A stretch of 50,931 nucleotides of DNA from Octopus sinensis (taxonomy: Eukaryota): the NCBI RefSeq assembly GCF_006345805.1, contig NW_021834159.1, positions 1 to 50,931 of the forward strand. Direction: 5' to 3'. The notes below the pieces were generated by a model. That model had not been told where the DNA came from, searched no databases, and saw only the letters and a list, made by a program, of their open reading frames with translations. The translations under genes were made by a program, and so were the position numbers. Below, piece by piece: positions 10,240 through 21,651 of this stretch (the stretch's first letter is position 1; each line of letters opens with the position of its first letter).

Positions 10240-11665
10240 GCAGGAGGTTTTTGAGGACAAATTTGGTAATTTAGTTGAACAATTTTAATTCAGCACAAAC
10301 CAAATGGGTTTTAATAAAAAATTCCATGCAGGACCGAGATCGTTGACATACCTGCAATAAATGGACTTCATCTGGACAATGGCGGTCTTCGGTGATATTA
10401 TGTTATTGTGAGGACGTCAATTATCCACCCCTTTTTAGCAATACTCCAAACGTAGTAGTCCTTGGTTTTGGATCTGGTGAATTTGGAGGTCACAAGTTTG
10501 GTAGTAAATGGTTGTAAAGATTTTCTGACATTTTTTCGCAGGCTGCCTGGGCTGTGTGATAACGTGCTGAGTCTTGTTATAAATTCATTCAGGGTTTAAC
10601 AACTGTCTCTAGCGCTTCAACGTATCTAGAAGCATTAGCTCTAAGACCCTGTGGAAATATGCAAAGTGGCATGGCATGACTTTCATTACTCACCTATTTC
10701 TTTACTACCCACAAGGGGCTAAACACAGAGGGGACAAACAAGGACAGACAAACGGATTAAGTCGATTATATCGACCCCAGTGCGTAACTGGTACTTATTT
10801 AATCGACTCCGAAAGGATGAAAGACAAAGTCGACCTCGGCGGAATTTGAACTCTGAACGTAGTGGCAGACGAAATACCTATTTCTTTATTACCCACAAGG
10901 GGCTAAACATAGAGGGGACAAACAAGGACAGACATAGGTATTAAGTCGATTATATTGACCCCAGTTCGTAACTGGTACTTAATTTATCGACCCCGAAAGG
11001 ATGAAAGGCAAAGTCGACCTCGGCGGAATTTGAACTCTGAACGTAGTGGCAGACGAAATACCGCTGAGCATTTCGCCCGGCGTGCTAACGATTCTGCCAG
11101 CTCACCACCTTAAATTACTTTCATTACTCACCATCACAGTTGCTGGACATTTAGTGCGCAATCGCTCTGGTGACATCAGAAGAATCAGCCCACAGCCATC
11201 TTTTGGTCTTGGTCAAATTTATCCTCATCAGAGAAAAAACAAAGAATGCTATGCCCATCAGAGGTTCAAAAATTGTTAAGTAACCGCTTGGAATGGATCA
11301 AGCGGTTTTTCCTGAATTTGCAGACATGAACTGACCGCTCCTGATGCCATACGAGCTGTATCGAATATCCTCGGGCACCGTAGTTCTGAGAGTCCACTCC
11401 GACACATGAAGTTTTTTTAGTGATGACCTTCATTCATTTTTTTCCGGGTTTATCCCCGATCATGTTTTAAAACCCGTTGGATGAATTGCGGTGTCCTTAT
11501 GTTTGAACTTTTAAAGTGGTTTTTGAAACATTTCCGCCAAAATCTTCCATTTCCATCGTAGCTTTTGTGTGCGAAAGATCTTGCGGTGTTTAGAAAGTCA
11601 GCAATTTCTAAATCACCATTTTTCGCACATATAGCAGTTTATGACTGCATGTCTCTTTATTTGCC
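10240..11665 (-). pseudogene. Decayed Tc1/mariner transposase, DD37D (maT-like)
   Basis: Minus-strand translation across frameshifts gives KRHAVI, GDLEIADFL, RTPQFIQRV, HVSEWTLRTTVPEDIRY, FFSDE, PATVMVSNE, FPQGLRANASRYVEALETVVKP, QDSARYH, L*PPNSPD-(1-nt deletion)-DYYVWS. Counting from QD to the restored PLD gives 37 residues. Confidence 0.85.
10695..11116 (-). mobile_element. Family B SINE dimer inserted in the mariner fossil
   Basis: Two bodies joined at gacgaaatacc|tatttcttt; single 16-bp TSD actttcattactcacc at 10679-10694 and 11117-11132. Confidence 0.92.
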
Positions 11666-11679
11666 ACAGGGGATCTGAA

Positions 11680-11713
<34 letters not shown>

Positions 11714-11740
11714 TAATAATAATAATAATAATAATGATAA
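11680..11740. repeat. (AAT)n microsatellite
   Basis: Direct reading. Confidence 0.95.
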
Positions 11741-12016
11741 AAACATTTGGATTCATTTGAAGAAATAATTAAGAGTACTCAAGTAATGTTCACAGCCTGT
11801 ACATTAATCATGTCGGTATGTGTATGTTGCATACATATATCTGTGTCTGTCTGTCTATATTTATGCATATACTAATAATTAAGAGTTCTCAAATAACTTT
11901 CGCACCTTGTACATTAATCATGTCTGTCTGTGTGTTGTGTGATTGTCGCATACATACGTCTATGTATCTGTCTGTATTTGTAAATAAATGTGTGTATGCA
12001 CGTTTGTATACATATA

Positions 12017-12191
12017 GGCGCTGGTGTGGTTGTGTGGTAAGCAGCTTGCTTTCCAACCACATGGTTCCGGGTTCACTCCTACTGAGTGATACCTTGGCCA
12101 AGTGTTTTCTACTATAGCCTTGGATCGACCAAAGCCTTGTGAGTAGATTTGGTTGACGGAAACTAAAAGAGGCCCGTCGTATATATATATA

Positions 12192-12224
<33 letters not shown>

Positions 12225-12303
12225 ATAGATAGATAGATAGATATACATATATATATATAGAGAGATAGATAGATATACATATATATATATAATATATATA
12301 TAT

Positions 12304-12336
<33 letters not shown>

Positions 12337-12735
12337 TATAATACATATATTATATATATATATATATATAGATAGATAGATAGATATACATTATATATAT
12401 ATATAGATAGATAGATATACATATATATATATAGATAGATAGATAGACATATATATATATAGATAGATAGATAGATAGATAGATAGACATATATATATAT
12501 ATAGATAGATAGATAGATATATATGTATATATATATTATATATATATAGAGAGAGAGAGAGATAGATAGATATAAGTGTGTATGTGTGTGTGTTACGTCC
12601 CCGTAACTTTGCGGTTCGTCAAAAGATACCGATATAATAAGTACTGGGGTCGATTTCTTCGACTAAAACTCTTCAAGGCAGTGCTCCAGCATGGCCACAG
12701 TGAAATGGCTGAAACAAGTGAAAGAATAAAAGAAT
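12017..12735 (+). mobile_element. Family D SINE with a greatly expanded TA/GATA compound microsatellite (about 12178-12580)
   Basis: Head ggcgctggtgtggttgtgtggtaag, tail gaaacaagtgaaagaataaaagaa; same layout as 3143-3570. Confidence 0.88.
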
Positions 12736-12794
12736 ATATATACACAGGGCTTCCTCCTTCAAATTCGGTATCACCAACTTGAAACTCGTCGACG

Positions 12795-12896
12795 TTAGAT
12801 CTCAAATTCGTCAATGTCAGCTTCAATTTCTTTATCTGCAGTCTGCACTATGTCGTCGACGTTAATTTCATCATCGTCATATTTAAAATGTCGATA
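12795..12896 (-). CDS. Candidate terminal coding exon, acidic peptide YRHFKYDDDEINVDDIVQTADKEIEADIDEFEI*
   Basis: Preceded on minus by tttgtttcatcctacag (acceptor-like); 34 codons open in phase 0 with a protein-like composition. No family recognised and no upstream exon identified. Confidence 0.3.
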   Translation of the reverse strand, partial: YRHFKYDDDEINVDDIVQTADKEIEADIDEFEI

Positions 12897-13240
12897 CTGT
12901 AGGATGAAACAAATTTTTTTTTCTATGAACACACAATGACATCAGTGATTACTTGTCGCAGAATTGTAAAGGAATGTAAACATTAAATATCATAAAAAGG
13001 CTTACAAGTTTTTGAAATAAAAATTGCCTCATTATCGTAAAATATACATACGTTTCGTACATTGGATGTAAAACTACATATAATGCTATTTATACAACAC
13101 GACAAAGACAAAAATATATAACACCAGTTTAGCCTTTTATTCATTATTGATTTCAAATTTTGGTTCCAGGCCAGTAAGTTCGACGGAAAGCATAAGTGGT
13201 TTAAATCAAGCCCTGTACTCGACTCATACTTACTTCATCA

Positions 13241-13792
13241 AGGCGATGAGTTGGCAGAAACGTTAGCACGCCGGGCGAAATGCTTAGCCGTATTTCGTCT
13301 GTCTCTACGTTCTGAGTTCAAATTCCGCCGAGGTCGACTTTGCCTTTCATCCTTTCAGGTTCGATAAATTAAGTACCAGTTACGCACTGGGGGTCGATAT
13401 AATCGGCTTAATCCGTTTGTCAGTCCTTGTTTGTCCTCTCTGTGTTTAGCCCCTTGTGGGTAGTAAAGAAATAGGTATTTTGTCTGCCGTTACGTTGTAA
13501 GTTCAAATTCCGCCGAGGTCGACTTTGACTTTTATCCTTTCAGGGTCGATAAATTAAGTACCAGTTACGCACTGGTGTCGATGTAATCGACTTAATTCCT
13601 TTATCTGTCCTTGTTTGTCCACTCTATGTTTAGCCCCTTGTGGGTAGTAAAGAAATATGTATTTCGTCAGTTGCCGTGTTCTGAGTTCAAATTCCGCCGA
13701 GGTCGACTATGCATTTCATCCTTTAGGGGCCGATCTAATCGACTGGCTCCCCTCCCCCAAAATTTCAGGCCTTGTGCCTAGAGTAGAAAAGG
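13241..13792 (+). mobile_element. Family B SINE trimer; third unit has the alternative aggccttgtgcctagagtagaaaag tail
   Basis: One full head, then bodies restarting after aaagaaata at about 13475 and 13657. Confidence 0.88.
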
Positions 13793-13884
13793 ATACTTAC
13801 TTTGCTGGAATTCGTTGTGAGAAAATTTTTTTCATCAAAACGTATGAGGAAACATATAATCTTAATATGCACTATCTGAAACGC

Positions 13885-14158
13885 TTTTATCTTTCATCTT
13901 TTACTTGTTTCAGTCAATAGACTGCGGCTATGCTGGGGCACCGTCTTGAAGAATTTTAGTCGAACATATCGACCCCAGTACATATAGTTTTCAGAAGCCT
14001 GGTGCTTATTCTATCGCCCTATTTTTCCGAACCGCTAAGTTACGAGGACGTAAACACCAGTATCGGCAGTCAAGCAGTGGGTAGGGGGCAAGCACAGACA
14101 CAAAGATACACACAAACATCTTATATAATAAAAGAAAGTTTGTGTGTGTGTGTGTGCG
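13885..14158 (-). mobile_element. Family D SINE, 3' half
   Basis: cttttacttgtttcagtc...gaaccgctaagttacgaggacgtaaacacc matches the reverse complement of the family D tail. Confidence 0.8.
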
Positions 14159-15112
14159 AATGTTCTTTAGGGATTCGAAAACGGAGTTGCCGATTTTCAC
14201 TTATGAGGTATCAAAATATTCAGTAATCTTTCGGCTAGCAAATAAAGTATATTTTTTGTACAACTCATTTTTACTACAAAACTATCCTCGAATATGAGGC
14301 CGGGTCGCACAATTTTGAGGTCTTTAGGTGAGGGAGGCAACTCTGCCTGAACACTCTTAAAACACATGGAGTTTTACCTGGGAATGAAACTTCGAAGATA
14401 TACCGTCAACTTCATTAGTATTATTTAGTAGATAATCTCTTAATGTGAAACATGTTTTACTGTGTTTTGTTTAGCCCAGCGTCACCTCTGATATAGCAGA
14501 CCCATCGCATAGCTTTTTTTTATTTTGCTTCCTGAAATACTGTAAATTTGTGTCTTTCTTTTGATGAAATGGTGTAGTTTAAGAGACATTTGGCTGCTAT
14601 TTGTAGTAGCTCAAGTTACCACGAGACACCTCTGTATGTGTGTGTGTGTGTTTTGTTGTGGGGAAAAAATACTTTTTCTCAGAATATTTTGCACAATAAT
14701 GTTTTAAGAAATCTGGACATCTTTCTTACTGCTAAACCATTCAACTTCAAATTACAATTGTTAATTGCTGGAAGTCAAGTAGACTGAGATGTACATACAG
14801 TGCTATCGTATTGAGTGGAAGTTTAATACGAAGTTTTGAACTCGTTATCTCGTTGTTAGTAATCCATGACCTTAAATTTGAAGCCAGTAAATTTTTGAAC
14901 ATTATTTTACTGGGATTAGTCTTTCGACTGTCACCATAGTGGAGTATCACCTTCAAAAATTTAATTGTCTAGACTGACCTCAGTATCTATTTCAATCTGG
15001 CGTTTATTTTATAGATCTCTGCTTGATGAACTGTTAACTTTGAGACATAGTGGGGCGCAATACTCGATTTACCAACAAATGTAAACACACACACACACAC
15101 ACACACACACAT

Positions 15113-15270
15113 TAGGTGCAAGAATAACTGTGTGGTTGAGAAGTTTTCTTCCCAACCACATGGTTCCACGTTCAGTCCCTCAGCATGGTACCTTGAGCAA
15201 GTGATTTCTACTACAACCCTAGGCCAACCACAGACGTTTGGCTGAATTTGGTTGACAGAAATTGCAGCGT
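15113..15270 (+). mobile_element. Family D SINE, degraded head
   Basis: ctgtgtggttgagaag...caaccacatggttcc...ttggttgacagaaa. Confidence 0.7.
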
Positions 15271-15397
15271 TCTTCATCAGAAAATGACCGTAAAACATAT
15301 TTTATAAAGAAGAGTTGTTTGCTTCATATTCCTCGAGTGCTGATTCTGCCCATAAGAAAGGAACAAATAAAACCAATGTGGCTGTAGGTCATTACAT

Positions 15398-15424
15398 CCG
15401 GGCAACGCCGGGGTGCATTGCTAG
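15398..15424 (+). mobile_element. Helitron 3' terminus (hairpin plus CTAG|T); 5' end not located with confidence
   Basis: CCGG-GCAACG-CCGG hairpin 15398-15411, CTAG 15421-15424 followed by T; same signature as 20811-20838. Confidence 0.7.
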
Positions 15425-15454
15425 TGTGTGTGTGTAGGTGGGTGTGAATACATA

Positions 15455-15625
15455 TATATATATATATATTTCACTTTCCGTCTACCAAGTCAACTCACAA
15501 GGCTTCGGTTAGCCCGAAGCTATAGTAGAAGACACTTGGCCAAGGTGTCACGCAGTGGGACTGAACCCGGAACCATACAGTTGGGAAGTAAGCTTTTTAC
15601 CAAACAGCCTCGCCAGCGCCTATGT
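15455..15625 (-). mobile_element. Family D SINE head
   Basis: ttccgtctaccaagtcaactcacaaggc...gggactgaacccggaacc...ccagcgcc. Confidence 0.8.
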
Positions 15626-15919
15626 GTACGTGTATATACCTTTATGTTTTACATAAGCGTATAGCTTTTACACCTGTATTGTATTTTGTTAATGAACATC
15701 TACAGTTTCATATTCTCACACTTTAACCACTAATAACAATGTTTTTCATTCTCACTCTATGAATAGACTATAGACAGACTACAATAAACAAACGGTTTTT
15801 CCCTCCATATATCATTAGACGACAAACAATATATTTCTCACTCTCAGGAACAACCACTATAGAATTCTCACTGTAAGACTATAAACGTGTGCGCGTGGAC
15901 ACACACATACACTGTTTAA

Positions 15920-15950
<31 letters not shown>

Positions 15951-15999
15951 TGTGTGTATAAATATGTATGCATATATATGTATATGTGTATATGTATAC

Positions 16000-16032
<33 letters not shown>

Positions 16033-16050
16033 TATATATATATATGCACA
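15920..16050. repeat. (TATG)n/(TA)n compound microsatellite
   Basis: Direct reading; source of the MYVC-type ORFs. Confidence 0.9.
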
Positions 16051-17058
16051 CACACAGTGATGTCCTTCCTGTACTTGTCCTGTACTTACTTGATGTATTT
16101 TATATTTATTTATTTATAATCGAAAACCACGCAGCCTTGTCCACAATAAGTTTTCACTTTTATTAATAATTTCTGCGACTCTACTCTCTGTTCCCCTTCT
16201 TTCTTTCTCTCTCTCTTTTTCTTTCTTTCTTTCTTCCCCTCTACAATCCTCTTTACTTTCCGTTTCTTCCCCTCCTTCTTTGCCTTTTCCTGTTTGTCTT
16301 TCTTCCACCCCTTACTATCTTTCATTCCTTATCCCTTCTCCACACTCCGCTTGTTTCTTTCTCTCATTCTCACTCTTGTCTCCCTTCTCCTCTGCCTGTT
16401 TGCTCCCACATGACAACAAGCCATTTTTCTCACCTCTGTCCTTTCTGGACGCGACGTCCATCTAGCTGGACGCCGTTACTTTCTCGCCACCCGACGTTTT
16501 TCCTCTTTTTTCCCCTTCTACTATTTTCTTCTCTTCTATTTATTCTATATCCTTTCGAAATTTCTCCCAGGCATTACCCATTACAAAGCGTCTTGGCTTA
16601 ACACTCCTTAATGTTTGTCTTCGTTGATTATTACCCTGTACGATCACCCTGTCGTCGTTTCTTCGTTCGAAGGTCTAACTTTCCACAAGTTCTATATTTA
16701 AAAAAATTTCTGGATGCTGCTGTTTTATGAAGTTTTCCTATCTTGTCGTTGAAAGCTCGAAATAGGGAATAATTAACAGTCGACAACTGAGGAAGGAGTT
16801 AGACTTCTTTTGATATTTTTCCCGTACTTGTCTCTCATTATGTGTTTACGTAGTTTTCACTCGTTGGCGACGACCTATTCTTATTGTATATTTTTTGGTA
16901 TCTTGTCTAGTTAGTACTTCTCGCTCGTGTATTTTGGTATTTTTCACTCGCTGGTAATGTCCTGTACTTGATGCATTTATATATATATATGGAAATGGAT
17001 GCGTGGCGTTCAATTAAATTATAATATAAATATTATATATATATATATATATATATAG

Positions 17059-17095
<37 letters not shown>

Positions 17096-17148
17096 GTGTG
17101 TGTGTGTGTGTGTGGTGTGTTTGTACATATATATCTATGTGTGTGTGT

Positions 17149-17391
17149 GGAAGTGCGTGGCTTTGTGGTTAGGGTGTCAGCATCATGATCGTAAGATTGT
17201 GGTTCCGATTCATGGACCGGGTGACGCGTTGTGTTCTTCTGTAAAACACTTCATTTCACGTTGCTCCACTCAGTTGGCAAAAATGAGTAACGCTGTGATG
17301 GACTGGCGTCCCGTCCAGCTGGGGAACACACGCGCCATAGAAACCGGGAATCCAGGCCCATGAGTTTGGTTAGGCTTTAAAAGAGCACATC

Positions 17392-17430
<39 letters not shown>
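17149..17430 (+). mobile_element. tRNA-derived SINE, family C, with (ATT)n tail
   Basis: Head gtgcgtggctttgtggttagggtgtc, central gatggactggcgtcccgtccagctggg domain; homologous to 30826-31345. Confidence 0.88.
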
Positions 17431-17465
<35 letters not shown>

Positions 17466-17520
17466 TATATATAATATATATATATTATATATATATATGC
17501 GCATATATGGGTACAGGACG

Positions 17521-17755
17521 TCACCAACAGTAAACAACATGAAAAACAAAAACAAATGAGTTAAATACGTAAATAACGATAGAAAAAAGGACAAGTAATA
17601 CAAAGAATGACTCTTCTCATTGATCGAAATAGGGAGTAGATAGACAGCCGACAACTGACGAAGTGTCATACTTTGTATTACTTGTCCTTTTTTCTCTCGT
17701 TATTTGCATATTCAACTCATATCTTTTCGTATTTTATGTTGTTTACTGTTGGTCA
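17521..17755. repeat. About 90-bp imperfect inverted repeat with a 54-bp spacer (unclassified element)
   Basis: 17521-17610 caccaacagtaaacaacatg...ggacaagtaatacaaagaatgac is the reverse complement of 17665-17755 gtcatactttgtattacttgtcc...atgttgtttactgttggtca. Confidence 0.8.
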
Positions 17756-17782
17756 TATCTTGTAGCTATATATGCTGAAGAG

Positions 17783-18040
17783 TTAAGTTATGGGGACGTA
17801 AACACACCAACATCGGTTGTAAAGTGATGGTGGTAGGGGGACAAACACAGATACAAATACACAGTCACACACACACACACACATATATATATATGACGGG
17901 CTTCTTTCAGTTTCCGTCTACCAAATCCACCCACTCGGCTTTGGTCAGCCCAAGGCTATAGTAGAAGACACTTGCCCAAGGGGACTGAACCTAGAACCAT
18001 TTGGTTGGGAAGCAAGCTTCTTACCACACAGCCACTCATA
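17783..18040 (-). mobile_element. Family D SINE, internally shortened
   Basis: aagttatggggacgtaaacacacc...gggcttctttcagtttccgtctacc...ttaccacacagccactc. Confidence 0.82.
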
Positions 18041-18072
18041 CTTTATATATATATATATAAAACTATACATAT

Positions 18073-18152
<80 letters not shown>

Positions 18153-18732
18153 GTGTGTGTACTTATGCACACACACACACACAAAAAGTACCATCCGAAC
18201 GTGGCCGATGCCAGCTCCGCTTGACTGGCATGTGCTTGAGGAGACCTATTGAGTCAAGTACATCAACATCAAAATCAAAATCAAATAAAATGGAAATTGT
18301 AGTTATGACACAATGTTATAAATGCCCTAGTATGATATTCTCTGAGTCTCAGACCATAAACACCATAAATATTTTCTCAGACTCAGATAACAAATTATAA
18401 AATTACCATTTGTAAATCTCACAATTAGAGATATTACAGCAACATTTGTCCTAAGCCAGGACTGCCATGTTATGTTGGCAAACAATCTTTACCTCAAATA
18501 ACAAACATGCATATTTATGTCCAGTATGCATACATTAATAATATATATTTTTACACTTTCACACCACTAGCAAACTATAGATTTTTCACACTCTGATCTT
18601 ATTTGTGTATGCTATATTTTTCTAACTCTTAGATTCCTAGAACATTGTTATTGTTTTTTCAAGCACACTTCTCAATCACACAATGTTATTCAATCTCTCC
18701 CTCTTACTTCAAATACACCATATTTCCTGAAA

Positions 18733-18967
18733 GAGGCAAAGTAGCTGAATTCCTTTCGAGTGTTGGGCCTCATGGAGGTAATGTAGTCAAGTTCCTTTCG
18801 AGTGTTGGGTCTCACGGATTTAAGGTGGCTGAGTTCCTTTTGAAGATTGGGCTTCATGGAGGCAAAGTGGCCAAGCTCCTTTCAAGGCAAGGTGGCTGAG
18901 TACATTTTGAGCATTGGGGCTCATGGAGGCGAAGTGGCCTAGTTCCTTTTGAAGGGTGGGTCTCATG
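18733..18967 (+). repeat. Imperfect 42-bp tandem repeat, about 5.6 units
   Basis: Units start at 18733, 18775, 18817, 18859 (truncated), about 18884 and 18926; consensus near gaggcaaagtggctgagttcctttygagyrttgggyctcatg. Confidence 0.85.
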
Positions 18968-19258
18968 GAGGCAATGACCAAGACCTTTGGTATGATGTCA
19001 TGCTTGAGAAGAAGACCCATCAAGCGGAGCAAAATCACAGTTGTGACAGATACTGGTGTCACACAAATGGCACCCATGCTGGTAGCACGTAAAAGCACCT
19101 ATTACACTCTTGGAGTGGTTGGCATTAGGAAGTGCAACCAGCCATAGAAAACCATCAGACTGGATTCTGGAGCAGCCTTCTAGCATGCCAGTCCAGGCAA
19201 ACTGTGCAACCCATGCCAGCATGGACAATGGACGTTAAATGATGATTATGATGGTTGA
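18968..19258 (+). mobile_element. Non-LTR retroposon 3' tail ending in (GAT)n (RTE-type by my recollection)
   Basis: gcacgtaaaagcacc...ggttggcattaggaag...ccatgccagcatggacaatggacgttaaatgatgat; same tail at 21950-22145. Confidence 0.6.
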
Positions 19259-20453
19259 TGATTCTTGTTAACATTCTACTGCCAAAGATAGTTTATTTAA
19301 ACCCTTTTGTTGCCATATTTCTTTTGAAATACATGGTTTTCTTTCAATTAATTTTAAAAATAATGAACAATTTTTTAAAACATAACTTTGTCTATATTAT
19401 GCTGGTATTTGTGACATAAATCAACATGAAATTTTAATGAAAGGTTTTTATATTAAGATCACTTTAAAACATGAAGCTTGTATCAAGAACCAGGGGTGGT
19501 TTTGGGTGAGTTAATATTCAATGGGTACTTTAAGAATATGGCTATATTTTGTTAGTTCCCCCTTATGCATACACTATAGGGACAAATAGAGGAGCTTCTA
19601 TACTGTCCTGCTTATATAGATGGTTGAAACAGCAGAAAGATTTCACTACCATCCTCAGAAAAGGAAAGTACACTTTGAATAAAGTAGTCTCAGGTCCATC
19701 GTGTCCAAAAGACAATATAGATATGATTACAGAGGGAATACCTTTGATCATATATAGATTTGCTCAATCAAGAGCTGACTTGGTTTGAAACAATAATAAT
19801 TACTATAAGAGGCTTTACACAGTCATTCAACCTCTTAGTAATAGCAGTCAAATCTCCTCCAAATCATGCCCTACCATCTTGAAATAGGAAAGGCAAATTG
19901 GAGTATCTTGTCTGAGATGTAAGTACACTATTGCTAGAAAGAAGGAGGGATGGTTACTGCTGGATTGTCTTTGATAGAAGGCTTGTTGACATCCAACTAA
20001 ATAACAACAGTTATATCTTTCCTCCATCCAGACACATTATATTTAATTACACACTGATGTGAAATGTATCATATTTCATTAATGTAGAATATTATAAACA
20101 CTCTGTATTTTTGTTATTCTGAATATAGCTTCAGGATTTTCTGAGTGTCATACTACAAACACATTATTTATTTTTTTCTATTATCCTTCACAAATGCAAC
20201 ATATTTTATTTAAATTTGGTAATCATTATTTTGTATTTAAAACACTACTCATCATAGACATATAAATTTTTAATATAATTTTCAAAAAAATTATAGCTCA
20301 TATGCTTAGTGTATGTTTGAATTAAAATTTTTGTTTTCCAAACTTAAGCTCAGACACAAAATATTTATGTGACACTCAGTTTGCAAGTGCACCATATTTT
20401 TACCAAAACTCAACTCTAAAGTAAACCATATTTCTGCATACTCAAAAGACAAA

Positions 20454-20838
20454 TCTATATGTATAAAGCTGAAGTTGTCTCTGTGTGGCAGGTTTGGTAG
20501 CCTCCAACTAACACTATCTCCTCCTGCAGCGCAAGTTGACCAAAATTGAGAGTATGATAGAAGAAGGCTTGCTCTTCATTCCGTAGAAGATAAAATTCAA
20601 ATCGGACCATGTTAACACCAAAAATTATTTACATCAAAAAGGTGCATTTTTTTCTATGAAAATTCCTATTTTTTACGATTTTTTTTACTGCTGTGTTGCC
20701 ATTTTTTGGTGTACTTCAACCAGAAAAATGTTTACTTAAAGAGAATAACAAGCTACATAATGCAAAATTTTTACTTTTCAAAAATTCCAATTCTAAAGGG
20801 TTGAAACAAACCCGAGCAACACCGAGCGATACTGCTAG
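20454..20838 (+). mobile_element. Non-autonomous Helitron, complete
   Basis: A|TC start (tctatatgtataaagc), subterminal hairpin cccgagcaacaccgag 20811-20826, end CTAG|T; no TSD, as expected for Helitrons. Confidence 0.85.
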
Positions 20839-21651
20839 TTCAATATAATATATATCACACTCTGTCTTCAAGTACACCATATTTTCTCATGCTCAAAACT
20901 CAAAAAATTCTTATAAACAACAGCAACTGAACAGCATTGAACACAATATATCGAACACAATATATCTAATGAAACCCAGTCTTCTTCTTAATATATTTTA
21001 TTACCATGAGACCACAAACAAACTATATTTTGTTACACTCAAACCCCAAAACACAATATATTTCAAATCAAATATTTTTTATTTTATTTTACATTTAGAA
21101 CTATATTTTAACATCCTTGCACCTAAAACGCATAACAGTTTCTCATTTTCACACATAAAACCATATATTTTCTCACTCTCAAATCTTAAGTACACACTAT
21201 GTTAATCACAGTCTGCAAGCATTATATTTTCCTTCATTCAAACCTAATGTAAATTTTCAAGTTTAAACATAATTCACAGTCAAACCTCAGAAATTGTTTA
21301 GTTTATAATATAATTCACTGATTCGAATACTGTTTTTTTTTCATATTTTTGTAATATTTATTATTTCATTCTTAGACACATTCAGCACAATATTTTGTCA
21401 ACCTCAGATCACAAGCACACTATATTTAGATGTTCTGCATTTACTTCCTGTTAGATGTCAAATATATTTTCTCACTTTCAAAACTCAGGTATATCATATT
21501 CTGTCAAACTTGGGACACAAACTCTATATATTTCTCACACTCCCCATTAGATTGACAATTTTTTTCCTTGTATTTTTAATAATACATGTCACTCATGCAA
21601 TATCTTGCTCATAAGCTTAAATAATATATTTCCTGTAACTTAGACCTCACA

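Noticed and set aside
13795-13880. Minus-strand 75-nt open exon candidate (IVHIKIICFLIRFDEKNFLTTNSSK) with a GTAAGT donor that could splice to 12896
   Set aside because: The donor coincides with atacttactt, which also occurs at 13226-13235 as part of a degraded SINE or TSD, so it is probably repeat-derived; the peptide is unrecognisable.
17610-17680. Hammerhead ribozyme suggested by GAAA and CTGACGA (CTGAGGA in the 16.76-kb sibling)
   Set aside because: No GAAA follows the putative stem II, and in the permuted order stems I and III cannot be paired; no canonical core could be built by hand.
19295-19515. TTAA-flanked segment (ttaaacccttttg ... gggtgagttaa) as a piggyBac MITE
   Set aside because: The termini do not form a convincing inverted repeat beyond 2-3 bases.
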